A stretch of 64,000 nucleotides of DNA from Thermoplasmatota archaeon (GTDB lineage: Archaea > Thermoplasmatota > E2 > JACPAO01 > JAHFTW01), in NCBI GenBank assembly GCA_038046725.1, contig JBBSVQ010000011.1, positions 243 through 64,242 on the forward strand, given 5' to 3'. The translations under genes were made by a program, and so were the position numbers. Positions 24,267 through 33,917 of this stretch are shown one piece after another (positions within the stretch are counted from its first letter, which is position 1; every line of letters starts with the position of its first letter). The notes below the pieces were generated by a model that saw only the letters and a list, made by a program, of their open reading frames with translations, made no database searches and was not told the origin of the DNA.

Positions 24267-25925
24267 ATGGCTGCCGCCGCGGAATTCGTCCTGGCCGAGC
24301 CCGCCCACCACCAGCGCAAGGGCCTGTCGCGCTGGCTGACCACCACGGACCACAAGGAGATTGGTCTCCTGTACCTGTGGACTGGCTTCATCTTCTTCAT
24401 CCTCGGTGGCATCGCGGCCCTCGTTATCCGCATGGAGCTGTGGATGCCTGGCGCAACCGTCACGGACGGCGAGTCGTTCAACGAGTTCTTCTCGCTGCAC
24501 GGAACCACGATGGTGTTCCTGTGGATCATGCCCGCCCTGGCTGGCCTTGGCAACTTCTTCGTCCCCATCATGGTGAAGGCGAAAGACATGGCGTTCCCGC
24601 GTGTCAACGCCCTGTCGTTCTGGCTCATCCCGCCCGCGGGCCTCCTGCTGTGGCTGCCCATGGTGATGAAGGGCATCTCCGCCGTCAACGTCACCTGGGT
24701 CGGCTACCCGCCGCTCTCGACGACGTTCGACAACGTGGGCCTTGACATGTGGATCATGGCCCTCATCCTGCTCGGCCTCGCCTCCACGCTGGGCTCGGTC
24801 AACTTCCTCGTCACGATCTTCAAGATGCGCGCCCCGGGCGTGACGCTGCACAACATGCCCCTGTTCGTGTGGGCGCAGCTTGCGACGTCCGTCCTGCTCG
24901 TCTTCTCGCTGCCCGTCGTCACGGTCGCGTTCCTGATGTTGTTCTTCGAACGCAACTTCGGCACCAGCTTCTTCGCCAACGGCGGCGACCCCATCCTGTA
25001 CCAGCACCTGTTCTGGTTCTTCGGCCACCCCGAAGTGTACGTCCTCATCCTGCCCCTGATGGGCGTCCTCAACGAGGTCATCCCGAAGTTCAGCCGCCGC
25101 CCCGTGTACGGCTACACCTCGATGGCCTACGCCATGCTCGGCATCGCCATCGTCGGCTTCCTGGTCTGGGCGCACCACATGTTCACGACCGGCATCGACC
25201 CGACCGTGCGCGCCGTGTTCATGTTCAACACGATGCTCGTCGGCGTCCCCACCGGCATCAAGGTGTTCAACTGGCTCGCCACGATGTGGGGCGGCCAAAT
25301 CAACCTCCGCAGCCCCATGAAGTTCTGCCTGGGCTTCATCTGGCTCTTCGTCATCGGCGGCATCACCGGCGTCATGCTCGGCGCCATCCCCGTCGACTAC
25401 CACCTGCATGACACGTACTTCGTCGTCGCCCACTTCCACTACACGATGGTCGGCGGCGCCGTCTTCGGCATCTTCGCCGGCGTGTACTACTGGTACCCCT
25501 TCCTCGCCGGCGGCCGCATGTTCAACGAGAAGCTTGCCAACACGCACTTCTGGATGATGTTCGTCGGATTCAACCTGACCTTCTTCCCGCAGTTCATCCT
25601 TGGCCTCAACGGCATGCCGCGCCGCGTCTTCGACTACGAACCGCTGCCGGACCTCGTGTTCTGGAACCAGGTGTCCACCGTGGGAGCCTTCCTCATCGCC
25701 ACGTCAGTGCTCGTGTTCCTCATCAATGTCCTCGTGAGCCACCGCGCCAACCGCCGCGTGACGGCCGACCCCTGGGGCGGCGCACGCCACGTTGAGTGGA
25801 AGCTGTGGGAGGAGGGCCGCGTCGTGCTCGGCACCGGCCTCATCACGGACACCGAACCCGAGCCGTTGGCCGTCACCGAGGCCAAGCGCCAGGCCGCCGT
25901 CGCCGCCAAGGAGGCGGCGGCATGA
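24267..25925 (+). CDS. coxA: Cytochrome c oxidase subunit I
   Basis: ORF track. Contains WFFGHPEVYVLILP, ...HHMFTTG... and ...YFVVAHFHYTMVGG. Confidence 0.95.
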   Translation: MAAAAEFVLAEPAHHQRKGLSRWLTTTDHKEIGLLYLWTGFIFFILGGIAALVIRMELWMPGATVTDGESFNEFFSLHGTTMVFLWIMPALAGLGNFFVPIMVKAKDMAFPRVNALSFWLIPPAGLLLWLPMVMKGISAVNVTWVGYPPLSTTFDNVGLDMWIMALILLGLASTLGSVNFLVTIFKMRAPGVTLHNMPLFVWAQLATSVLLVFSLPVVTVAFLMLFFERNFGTSFFANGGDPILYQHLFWFFGHPEVYVLILPLMGVLNEVIPKFSRRPVYGYTSMAYAMLGIAIVGFLVWAHHMFTTGIDPTVRAVFMFNTMLVGVPTGIKVFNWLATMWGGQINLRSPMKFCLGFIWLFVIGGITGVMLGAIPVDYHLHDTYFVVAHFHYTMVGGAVFGIFAGVYYWYPFLAGGRMFNEKLANTHFWMMFVGFNLTFFPQFILGLNGMPRRVFDYEPLPDLVFWNQVSTVGAFLIATSVLVFLINVLVSHRANRRVTADPWGGARHVEWKLWEEGRVVLGTGLITDTEPEPLAVTEAKRQAAVAAKEAAA

Positions 25926-26827
25926 AGGCCGGAGCGAGCGAAGCGAGCGCAGGCGTTCATGCCGCGTCCATCCCACACGCGAACCATCCCCATGCCACCC
26001 ACGCCGGCGTCGGTGGCGCTGATGCGCCACCGACGGAATTCCACCTGCCGCACGGCTCGTGGTGGCCGTTCTGGCTCGCCAACGCCATCGCCCTGCTGTG
26101 CCTCGGCCTCATCCTCTTCGGCCGCAGCCTGCCGACGAGCATCGGCCCGCAGACCCTGCCCCCTGGCCTCGGCCTCGGCATGTTGCTGCTGGGCGTCCTG
26201 GCCCTGGTGGGCTCGCTCATCGGCTGGTTCGTGCAGGACTTCAAGTGGTGGGCCTCGAACACCGGCACCGGCCTGCACATCCCGAAGGCAGGCATCCTGC
26301 TCTTCATCGGCTCGGAAATCTTCCTCTTCGGCGCCCTGTTTGCGACCTACTTCACGTTCAAGAACATGAGCCACGAGTGGCCCGACACCCACATCGAGCT
26401 GCCCTTGCTGAAGACGGCAATCTTCACGCTGTTCCTGTTCAGCTCGTCGTACACGGTCCACAAGGCCGAAGGCGCCCTCAAGCGCGGCCACCACAAGGCG
26501 TTCCGCAACTGGTGGCTCGCCACCATCGCCCTCGGCGGCGTCTTCCTCGTCGGCCAGGTCCTGGAGTACAGCAACCTCATCGCGGAAGGCGCCTCGCTCA
26601 GCGGCGAGAGTCACTTCATGGCGGCTTTCTTCATGCTGACCGGAACGCACGGCCTGCACGTCTTCGGCGGCCTGTGCGCCCTGACGGTCGTCTACGTGCG
26701 CGCCGTGAAGGGCCAGTTCGACGCAGAACGCCACGCCTTCCCGCAGGCCGCCAGCATGTACTGGCACTTCGTGGACATCGTGTGGGTCGTCGTCTTCGGC
26801 GTCATCTACCTCGCCAACTTCTTGTGA
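25922..26827 (+). CDS. coxC: Cytochrome c oxidase subunit III
   Basis: Starts at an inner ATG of ORF 25796..26827 that overlaps the coxA stop (ATGA). Contains FIGSEIFLFGALFATYF, ...FMLTGTHGLHVFGG... and ...YWHFVDIVWVVVF. Confidence 0.85.
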   Translation: MKAGASEASAGVHAASIPHANHPHATHAGVGGADAPPTEFHLPHGSWWPFWLANAIALLCLGLILFGRSLPTSIGPQTLPPGLGLGMLLLGVLALVGSLIGWFVQDFKWWASNTGTGLHIPKAGILLFIGSEIFLFGALFATYFTFKNMSHEWPDTHIELPLLKTAIFTLFLFSSSYTVHKAEGALKRGHHKAFRNWWLATIALGGVFLVGQVLEYSNLIAEGASLSGESHFMAAFFMLTGTHGLHVFGGLCALTVVYVRAVKGQFDAERHAFPQAASMYWHFVDIVWVVVFGVIYLANFL

Positions 26828-26861
26828 GGCCCGGAGGCCTCACAAGCGGAGCCAGCTCGCC

Positions 26862-27116
26862 ATGACCACGGCCACCCAATCCGCGGATGACGGGCTGCTT
26901 GACGAGCCGCACGAACGCGCGAACGTCACGCGACTCATCCGGTGGGTCGCCATGTTCGTCGCCTGGCCCAGCCTCAGCATCGGGTTGGCGTTCCTCGTCT
27001 TCACCGACCCGTCCGAACACTGGCTGCACATCGCCGGCCTCGTGCCGCTCGGCGTGGCGGCTTGCGTCCTGTTCGCGTTGGCACCGCGCATCGCCAAGCA
27101 CTATGTCCCGCAGTGA
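26862..27116 (+). CDS. Small two-helix membrane protein downstream of coxC (possible accessory oxidase subunit)
   Basis: ORF track. Two hydrophobic helices. Same strand as coxC, 34 nt downstream. Confidence 0.45.
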   Translation: MTTATQSADDGLLDEPHERANVTRLIRWVAMFVAWPSLSIGLAFLVFTDPSEHWLHIAGLVPLGVAACVLFALAPRIAKHYVPQ

Positions 27117-27149
27117 CCAGGTCGTCCGGACCGGGGGGCCGCGCGGGAA

Positions 27150-27965
27150 TCACGATTGGCATTTGCCGCAATAGAACGTGCTGCGTCCCGATTGCACGAT
27201 GCGCTTGACGGCGGCCCCACAACGCGGGCACGGTTGGCCTTCGCGTTGGAAGACCGCGACCTCCATTTGGAATTCGCCCTCGTTGCCGATGGCGTCCACG
27301 TAGTCGTTGAACGACGTGCCGCCCGCAGCCAGGGAATCCCGGAGCGCGCCCAGGATGCCGGCATGCAGCGGCCCCACCTTGGCGGCCGGCGTTTTGTTCG
27401 CCCGGCGCCGCGGGGACAGCCCGGCGCGCCAGAGCGCCTCGCAGGCGTAGATGTTGCCGACGCCGGCCAGCTTGCGTTGGTCAAGCAAGAAGGCCTTGAG
27501 CGGTGAGCCTGACGACTTGAGCAACTTGCCAAGGGCCTCGGGCGTGAACTTGGGGTCGAGGGCGTCCACGCCGTAATGCGCCAAGTCCGCGACCTCCGCC
27601 TTGGGGGGGTACAGCTTGAGCAGCCCGAACCGGCGCGGGTCGACGTAGCGCAATTCGCGCTCGTCGTCGAGCGACAGCACGAGGTGCGTGTGCGGCCGGC
27701 GTTCGTCCCCAGGTTCGGCGAACAAGAGTTTCCCGGTCATGCCGAGATGCGCGACGAACGTCGCGCCGTCATCGAGTCCAATCAGCAGGAACTTGCCGTG
27801 CCGCCCGAGCTTGCGCACCTTGCGGCCCTCGAGCTTGGCCAGCGGCAGGGGCGACGCGCCGCCGCGCAGTTTGGTGGGGCGCCAGTCGACGCCGTCGATG
27901 CGGCGGCCTTTGAGCTCGCGCTCAAGCCCGAGCCGGATGGTCTCGACTTCGGGGAGTTCGGGCAC
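27150..27965 (-). CDS. mutM: Formamidopyrimidine-DNA glycosylase (Fpg/MutM/Nei family)
   Basis: ORF track. N-terminal MPELPEVE, H2TH region, and a C-terminal zinc finger CPRCGAAVKRIVQSGRSTFYCGKCQ. Confidence 0.85.
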   Translation of the reverse strand: MPELPEVETIRLGLERELKGRRIDGVDWRPTKLRGGASPLPLAKLEGRKVRKLGRHGKFLLIGLDDGATFVAHLGMTGKLLFAEPGDERRPHTHLVLSLDDERELRYVDPRRFGLLKLYPPKAEVADLAHYGVDALDPKFTPEALGKLLKSSGSPLKAFLLDQRKLAGVGNIYACEALWRAGLSPRRRANKTPAAKVGPLHAGILGALRDSLAAGGTSFNDYVDAIGNEGEFQMEVAVFQREGQPCPRCGAAVKRIVQSGRSTFYCGKCQS

Positions 27966-27966
27966 G

Positions 27967-29517
27967 TCAGAGCGGCAGGTCGTTGGTGTTCGGCAACTGC
28001 TTCTCGACCGTCACCATGGCGCCGAGGAAGGGCGGGCAGTCGTGCGCGAGCCAACTGCGCGCCGGCCAGTTGGCGTCGCGCGCGGGCGCCGGCACCCCGC
28101 TTTGGGCGTAGCCGTGCTCCCAAGCGCCCCATCCGCCCTGCCGGCACAGCGAGTCGGCAACGAACCAGGCCGCCTGCTCGGCCGGCTGGTCCTCATGCCA
28201 GGCGCCGGCGGCGAAGCCTTCGATGCGGGCAAGCTCGTCGCCGTAGCGTTCGTCGCCGAGCAGGCGGCCCCAATAGGAGCCGTGGCCTTCGGCGAGGAAG
28301 GTGGCCTCGGGGCCCGTCGTGCCTGGGATGGGGCCCGTGGCGCCGCCGACGTCCCAGCCTTGCTCCGTGTAGGTGGCGGAGCGGAAGAGGGCCTCGCGCA
28401 TCTCGTGCACCGTGAGCTGGCCGTCGGAGAGCGCGCACTCGGCGTTTGCCTCAAGGCAGCCTGCTGGCCCCGTCGCGATGACGCCGGCCTCTTGCATCCG
28501 GCTCGCGCCGGCAAGGAGGCGGCGCAGGCGGTACAGCGATTCCGCGTACATGCCGGCGGTCACGGGGGTGGCGTTCGACGTTCCGCCGAAGCCATTGCCG
28601 TTGGTGAGATTCGTGGCGCCGTAGGCGCTCGGGTAGTCGGTGCCGAGGCTGCTGACGTCCGCGGGCTTGCCGTGGCCGGTGGACGAGCCGTCCGGCATGA
28701 TGGCGCCGACCGTGATGATCCAGTCGGGGCCTTCCTGGCTGGAGAAGAGCGTTGGGTTCGTGGCGACGAAGGACCCATCGACGCCGTTGCCGGCGCTGAA
28801 GAAGATGCCCTGCCCACGGTCCACGGCCATGCGCTGGGAGTCGGTGTCGCTGTGGGCGTACACGCGTTCGCGGCCGACGACCGTCGTGGAGAAGCCCCAG
28901 GAGTTCGTCTGCAAGTCGATCCAGTCCTGCTGCTCGACCCAGCGGTTGGCTTGCTCCTGCGTGCCGTCGACGAAGACAAGGAGGCAGTGCGGGCAGGAGC
29001 CGTGCAGGTTGCCGACGGAGACGGACGACGTGCCCACGCCGTGCGAGCCGGAGGCGTAGCCGTCGCCCGAGTTGAACGTCACCGCGCCGATGACCTTGGT
29101 GCCGGGGATCCAGCGCATGTGGACTTGGCCGTCGCCGCTGCCTTGGACCGTTTCCCATTGCTTGGCGTCCTGCGTGTGCAGATCGTTGGGGACGGATTTC
29201 GGGTCGTCGGGGAGCGTAAGGTCGAGGCGACCGTAGCTCGCGAAGGCATCTGCGCCGGGGTGGCCCGGCAGCCAGGTGGCGGGGTCCTGGTCGAGGGGGA
29301 GGTCGTCGGCGAGGTCCTCGTTCGTCTGCTGCGGCATGAGCGAGGCGCGGAAATCGAAGTGATACGGGTTGAAGCCCGAGTCGACGACCGCGACAACGAC
29401 GGCGTCACCCACGCCGGGGTCCGCAGCGATCGGCGAATCGTCACCTTGGTCCCCGGTGCCGGCGAGGCAGCCGGACAGGAAGGCGAAGGCAAGCAGCAGG
29501 GCGAGGGGGACGCGCAC
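27967..29517 (-). CDS. Subtilisin-like serine protease (peptidase S8), lipoprotein
   Basis: ORF 27967..29751. The likely start is GTG 29517 (VRVPLALLLAFAFLSGC lipobox). The catalytic triad contexts are VAVVDSGF, SHGVGTSS and GGTSNATPVTAG. Confidence 0.8.
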   Translation of the reverse strand: MRVPLALLLAFAFLSGCLAGTGDQGDDSPIAADPGVGDAVVVAVVDSGFNPYHFDFRASLMPQQTNEDLADDLPLDQDPATWLPGHPGADAFASYGRLDLTLPDDPKSVPNDLHTQDAKQWETVQGSGDGQVHMRWIPGTKVIGAVTFNSGDGYASGSHGVGTSSVSVGNLHGSCPHCLLVFVDGTQEQANRWVEQQDWIDLQTNSWGFSTTVVGRERVYAHSDTDSQRMAVDRGQGIFFSAGNGVDGSFVATNPTLFSSQEGPDWIITVGAIMPDGSSTGHGKPADVSSLGTDYPSAYGATNLTNGNGFGGTSNATPVTAGMYAESLYRLRRLLAGASRMQEAGVIATGPAGCLEANAECALSDGQLTVHEMREALFRSATYTEQGWDVGGATGPIPGTTGPEATFLAEGHGSYWGRLLGDERYGDELARIEGFAAGAWHEDQPAEQAAWFVADSLCRQGGWGAWEHGYAQSGVPAPARDANWPARSWLAHDCPPFLGAMVTVEKQLPNTNDLPL

Positions 29518-29672
29518 GGCCGCCAGCTGGGTCGCCGCGTTGAAAGGCTTGTGGTGGCCCGGCGGGGGCGCGATTGAAAGCCTTGCGGCAAGCCTCGGCT
29601 CCGGGGCGCGTGCCGCCGTCCGGTGGCGGCGGGGCCAAGGCTTAACGGCGGCCCATCCCTGGAGTCGAATGG

Positions 29673-32600
29673 ATGGGAGAGGCCGTCGTGCAGCCAGCTC
29701 TGGCGCCAGCGCCCCAGCCGGTGCACGCACAGGGCAAGGCCGCCCCTCCACCTGGTCCCGCGACGTCGCCGACGTACAAGGCGTACTTCGAGGCCTTGCA
29801 CGCCGAGGCGATGCGCTGCTATGCCATCGCCAAGCAGGCCCGCCGCAAGGGCAAGGACCCCAGCCTCGAAGTCGAGATTCCGCCTGCCGAGGACCTCGCG
29901 GCTCGCGTCGAGGCCCAAGTCGGGCCCGTTGGCGTTGCAGCGCGCATCCGCGAGTTGTCGCTGGAACTCGGCTTCGGTTCGCGTGAAGTCGTGAGCCTGC
30001 AGGTGGCCGGCGAGGTCGCCGACAAACTGTTCAAGGAGGGCTCCACCAAAGAGAAGGCCCTCGACCAGGCCGTGCGCACCGGACTCTCCATCCTCACGGA
30101 AGGCGTGCTCGTTGCACCGCTCGAAGGCATCGCTGAAGTCAAGATTGGGGCGAACGCGGACGGCACCGACTACGTGGACCTGTTCTTCGCGGGCCCCATC
30201 CGCGCAGCCGGCGGGACTGCGCAAGCCATGTCGGTCCTCATCGCGGACGTTGTGCGGCGCACGCTGGGCATCGGCAAGTACGTCCCCACCGACGCTGAGG
30301 TCGAGCGCTACAAGGAAGAGGTCCCCATGTACAAGCAGGCGGCAAACCTGCAATACACGCCGACGGGCCCCGAGATCGAACTCATCGCGCGCAACTGCCC
30401 CATCTGCATCAACGGCGAAGGGACGGAGAAGGACACCGAGGTCACGGGCAACCGCGACCTGCCCCGCGTCGAGACCAACGAATTGCGCGGCGGCGCCTGC
30501 CTAGTTCTTGCCGAGGGCCTCGTGCTCAAGGCGCCCAAGATTCTCAAGCACGTCGAGAAACTCAAACTGAACGGCTGGGACTTCCTGAAGGAGTTCGCGA
30601 AGAAAGGCGACAAGAAGTCCGACGCGCAGACGGACAAGGACGGCATCCCCGCCATCGTCCCCAACAACAAGTACGTCCTCGAGATCATCGCCGGCCGCCC
30701 AGTCTTCGGCCACCCGAGCCGTCCCGGCGCCTTCCGCCTGCGCTACGGCCGCGCGCGCACCGGCGGCCTGGCCTCCAATGCCCTGCACCCGGCCACGATG
30801 GCAATCGTCGATGACTTCCTCGCCGTCGGAACCCAACTCAAGGTCGAGCGCCCCGGCAAAGGCACGCTGGCCACGCCCTGCGACACAATCGACGGACCAA
30901 CGGCGCTGCTGAAGACGGGCAGCCTGGTGCGCTTCACGACCGTCGAGCAAGTCAAGGAGCTGCGCCCCGCCATCGCGGAGCTCGTGGACCTCGGCGAACT
31001 GCTCATCCCATACGGCGAATTCCTCGAGAACAACGCCAACCTCCCGCACGCATCCTGGTGCTGGGAGTGGTGGGTCCAGGTCCACCAGAAGGTCACCGGC
31101 ACCTCCGACGACATCGGCCCCGCCGGCACCCTGTCGGGCCCCGAGATGGTCGCCCTGGCCGAGCAGACCGGCGTCCCCCTCCACCCCGACGGGACGCTCC
31201 TCTGGCACGACGTCACGCTGCTCGAGGTGCGCGCCCTCGGCGAATGGGTCAAGCACAAGGGCGCCTGGGACGACGGCACGCTCTGGCTCCCCGCCACCGA
31301 CAAGGACAACAAGGACCTGCTCGTGCGCCTTCTTGCCTTGCACGACGTGGAAGGCGACCGACTGCGACTCTCGGCAAGGCAAGCCTTGCCGTTCCTTCGC
31401 TGCATCGGCTTCGACGTCGAGGACGGCAAGCTCATCGACACGCCCCGGCGCAGGATTCTGTACGACCCGTGCCAGCCCGACCTCGCCCACCGGTACCCGA
31501 CCGTGGACCTCGTGGGCCGACTCGCCGGGTTCCCCGTCATGCCGCGCGCACCGTGCCGCATCGGCGGGCGCATGGGCCGGCCCGAGAAGGCCGACGCCCG
31601 CGAAATGAAGCCGCCACCGCATGGCCTGGTCCCCCTCGGCCAGGCCGGGGGCGCGCAGCGTCTCATCAGAGACGCTGCGAGCAAGGGCGTCGTCGAGGTG
31701 GAACTCGGCGAACGCTTGTGCCAGTCGTGCGGCCGCAAGCACTGGCGCACGTTCTGCGATTGCGGCGGCCACACGACGGCCATCCCGCGCCCGCCTCGCG
31801 CCGGCTTCGAGGAGAAGGCGCTGACGCAAGTGGACCTGCGCGCCGAACTGGAACGGGCCCGCAAGGCCGTGTCCCTCGACCGCCTGCCGGAGACGGTCAA
31901 GGGCGTCATCGGCGTCATCAACGCGCAGAAAGTCCCCGAGCCACTCGAGAAGGGCCTGCTGCGCGCGAAGCACCAGGTGTACACGTTCAAGGACGGCACG
32001 GTGCGCTTCGACATGACGGACGTGCCGCTGACGCATTTCCGCCCGCGCGAGGTTGGCCTCAGCGTGGAGAAGGCGCGGGAGATGGGATACTTGCTGGATG
32101 TCGAAGCCAAGGAGTTGGTCTCGCCCGACCAACTCCTTGAGCTCCGCGTGCAGGACATCGTCGTGTCCGAGTCCTGCGGCGACTACTTCCTGCGCGCCGC
32201 GAAGTACGTCGACGAGTTGCTCGTGAAATTCTACGGCCTGAAGCCGTACTACAACGTGGAGAAGCGCAAGGACCTCATCGGGCACCTGCTCATCGGCCTC
32301 GCCCCGCACACCTCGGGCGGCGTGCTATGCCGGCTCGTCGGCTACACAAAGGCGCAGTGCCACTTCGGGCACCCGTACTACCATGCAGCAAAAAGACGTA
32401 ATTGCGATGGAGATGAAGATGCCGTTCTCCTGTTGATGGATGGTTTAATTAATTTCAGTCGCGCGTACGTCCCCGACAAGCGCGGCGGACTGATGGATCT
32501 CCCCCTTGTTCTGTCCACGCGCCTCGACCCCAACGAAGTGGACAAAGAAACGCACAACGTCGACACGCTGCCCCGCTACCCGCTGTCCTTCTTCGAGGCC

Positions 32601-33158
32601 ACGACGCGGCACGCGGCAGCCAAGGAAGTCGCCAAGACGATGGGCCTCGTCGAGGCGCGCATCGGCAAACCGTCGCAGTACGAGGGCTTCGGCTTCACGC
32701 ATGACACGCACGACATCTCCGCGGGCCCCGCGGCCTCCGCGTACAAGACCCTCGGGTCGATGATGGACAAGATGACGGCCCAGATGGAGCTCGCGCGCAA
32801 GATTCGCGCCGTGGACGAGGCCGACGTGGGAGCCCGCGTCATCGGCACCCACTTCCTGCCCGACCTCATGGGCAACCTCAAGGCGTTCAGCAAGCAACAG
32901 GTGCGTTGCTCGAAGTGCAACACGAAGTACCGCCGCATGCCCCTCAAAGGAATCTGCTTGTCATGCGGCAACCAGAACCTCACCCTCACCGTGCACGAGG
33001 GGTCCGTGCGCAAGTACCTCGAAGTCTCCAAGACCATCGCGACGAAGTACAAGATCGACCCCTACACGCACCAGAGGATTCTGCTGCTTGAGCAGGCCGT
33101 GGAGTCGCTGTTCCAGAACGACAAAGTTCGCAAGGCGAAACTGACGGACTTCTTCTAG
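29673..33158 (+). CDS. polC: DNA polymerase II (PolD) large subunit DP2
   Basis: ORF track, 1161 aa. Contains the catalytic motif HAAKRRNCDGDEDAV and the C-terminal zinc modules CSKCNTKYRRMPLKGICLSCG. Confidence 0.95.
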   Translation: MGEAVVQPALAPAPQPVHAQGKAAPPPGPATSPTYKAYFEALHAEAMRCYAIAKQARRKGKDPSLEVEIPPAEDLAARVEAQVGPVGVAARIRELSLELGFGSREVVSLQVAGEVADKLFKEGSTKEKALDQAVRTGLSILTEGVLVAPLEGIAEVKIGANADGTDYVDLFFAGPIRAAGGTAQAMSVLIADVVRRTLGIGKYVPTDAEVERYKEEVPMYKQAANLQYTPTGPEIELIARNCPICINGEGTEKDTEVTGNRDLPRVETNELRGGACLVLAEGLVLKAPKILKHVEKLKLNGWDFLKEFAKKGDKKSDAQTDKDGIPAIVPNNKYVLEIIAGRPVFGHPSRPGAFRLRYGRARTGGLASNALHPATMAIVDDFLAVGTQLKVERPGKGTLATPCDTIDGPTALLKTGSLVRFTTVEQVKELRPAIAELVDLGELLIPYGEFLENNANLPHASWCWEWWVQVHQKVTGTSDDIGPAGTLSGPEMVALAEQTGVPLHPDGTLLWHDVTLLEVRALGEWVKHKGAWDDGTLWLPATDKDNKDLLVRLLALHDVEGDRLRLSARQALPFLRCIGFDVEDGKLIDTPRRRILYDPCQPDLAHRYPTVDLVGRLAGFPVMPRAPCRIGGRMGRPEKADAREMKPPPHGLVPLGQAGGAQRLIRDAASKGVVEVELGERLCQSCGRKHWRTFCDCGGHTTAIPRPPRAGFEEKALTQVDLRAELERARKAVSLDRLPETVKGVIGVINAQKVPEPLEKGLLRAKHQVYTFKDGTVRFDMTDVPLTHFRPREVGLSVEKAREMGYLLDVEAKELVSPDQLLELRVQDIVVSESCGDYFLRAAKYVDELLVKFYGLKPYYNVEKRKDLIGHLLIGLAPHTSGGVLCRLVGYTKAQCHFGHPYYHAAKRRNCDGDEDAVLLLMDGLINFSRAYVPDKRGGLMDLPLVLSTRLDPNEVDKETHNVDTLPRYPLSFFEATTRHAAAKEVAKTMGLVEARIGKPSQYEGFGFTHDTHDISAGPAASAYKTLGSMMDKMTAQMELARKIRAVDEADVGARVIGTHFLPDLMGNLKAFSKQQVRCSKCNTKYRRMPLKGICLSCGNQNLTLTVHEGSVRKYLEVSKTIATKYKIDPYTHQRILLLEQAVESLFQNDKVRKAKLTDFF

Positions 33159-33204
33159 GCAAACCCTAGAAGCATCGCGGTTTCGCCGCCAAAGTCTAAG
33201 TTGT

Positions 33205-33224
33205 CCGTCCGGTTTTTCGGACGG
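33205..33224 (+). terminator. Hairpin with T5 loop downstream of polC
   Basis: CCGTCCG-GTTTTT-CGGACGG, 47 nt after the polC stop. It is one of the few T5 runs in the window. Confidence 0.4.
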
Positions 33225-33399
33225 TGCATCCAGCAACCTGCTTGACGTGCACGCGCATTTTCCTGGGCCCGTTCGTCGCTGGCGACCTTCTGCCGCGCCA
33301 CCTGGACGCCCTCCTGGGACTCCCATGCCCCGCTTCCGACACCCTTGCGCCACTGGGTCCCTTCCTGCCGTTCCCGGAAGGCCCAGCGCGTTCGCTGGC

Positions 33400-33702
33400 T
33401 TAGGCGGTCGGCAGCAAACGCGACTGCTCGACGTCGAGGTCGTATTGGACCGGGCCCGGGCCGCAACCGTGCACCACCACTTCGAGCGTCTTGCTCTGCA
33501 GGCCCTCGAGAGTGTCAGCGGCCAGCAGGACCACCTCGTCAGGGAACAGGCTCGACGACGACGCCACCAGCCGTGCGCCGTCGTAGACCAGCAGGTCGTT
33601 GTCCACCACGGGCGCGGGGGACGAGGCGCGAGTCAATCGCAAGCGCAGCAAGACCGCTGACGCGTCCACGGTGACATCGTGGCGGCTCTCCGAACCAGGC
33701 AT
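33400..33702 (-). CDS. Hypothetical protein downstream of rpl40e
   Basis: ORF track. D/E/L/V-rich, unlike the R/P-rich overlapping frames. No family recognised. Confidence 0.35.
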   Translation of the reverse strand: MPGSESRHDVTVDASAVLLRLRLTRASSPAPVVDNDLLVYDGARLVASSSSLFPDEVVLLAADTLEGLQSKTLEVVVHGCGPGPVQYDLDVEQSRLLPTA

Positions 33703-33764
33703 CGCCGCGCACGCCGGCCCTTGCTTGCGCTAGGCAAGGACTAGGGGTGGGCTGCGTGGAACCC

Positions 33765-33917
33765 TTACGCCGTTCCGCCGCGGGCTTCCACGGCCTTGAT
33801 GCGCAACTCTTGGCGGTGGCACTTGCGGCAGCGCTTCGCCTGGTACGCGTTGGTGACGTTGCAGTGCAGGCAGATCTTCTTCTTGAGGCGGCGGTTGATT
33901 GCTTCAGCGAAGGCCAT
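33765..33917 (-). CDS. rpl40e: 50S ribosomal protein L40e
   Basis: My translation gives MAFAEAINRRLKKKICLHCNVTNAYQAKRCRKCHRQELRIKAVEARGGTA (50 aa, C4 zinc ribbon, basic). It is below the ORF-track cutoff. TATATG/CATATA lies about 40 nt upstream. Confidence 0.8.
   Translation of the reverse strand: MAFAEAINRRLKKKICLHCNVTNAYQAKRCRKCHRQELRIKAVEARGGTA

Noticed and set aside
24060-25547. 495-aa minus-strand ORF covering the coxA locus
   Set aside because: It is antisense to an unmistakable cytochrome oxidase subunit I. Its composition is dominated by D/E/G/A/R/H repeats (…EDEQDGRRKLRPHEQGH…). This is the typical open antisense frame of a high-GC gene.
29673-33158. Intein inside PolD DP2
   Set aside because: The length (1161 aa) is that of an intein-free DP2, and the catalytic motif is contiguous. 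Only the nucleotide-composition anomaly remains, and it is reported as a finding.
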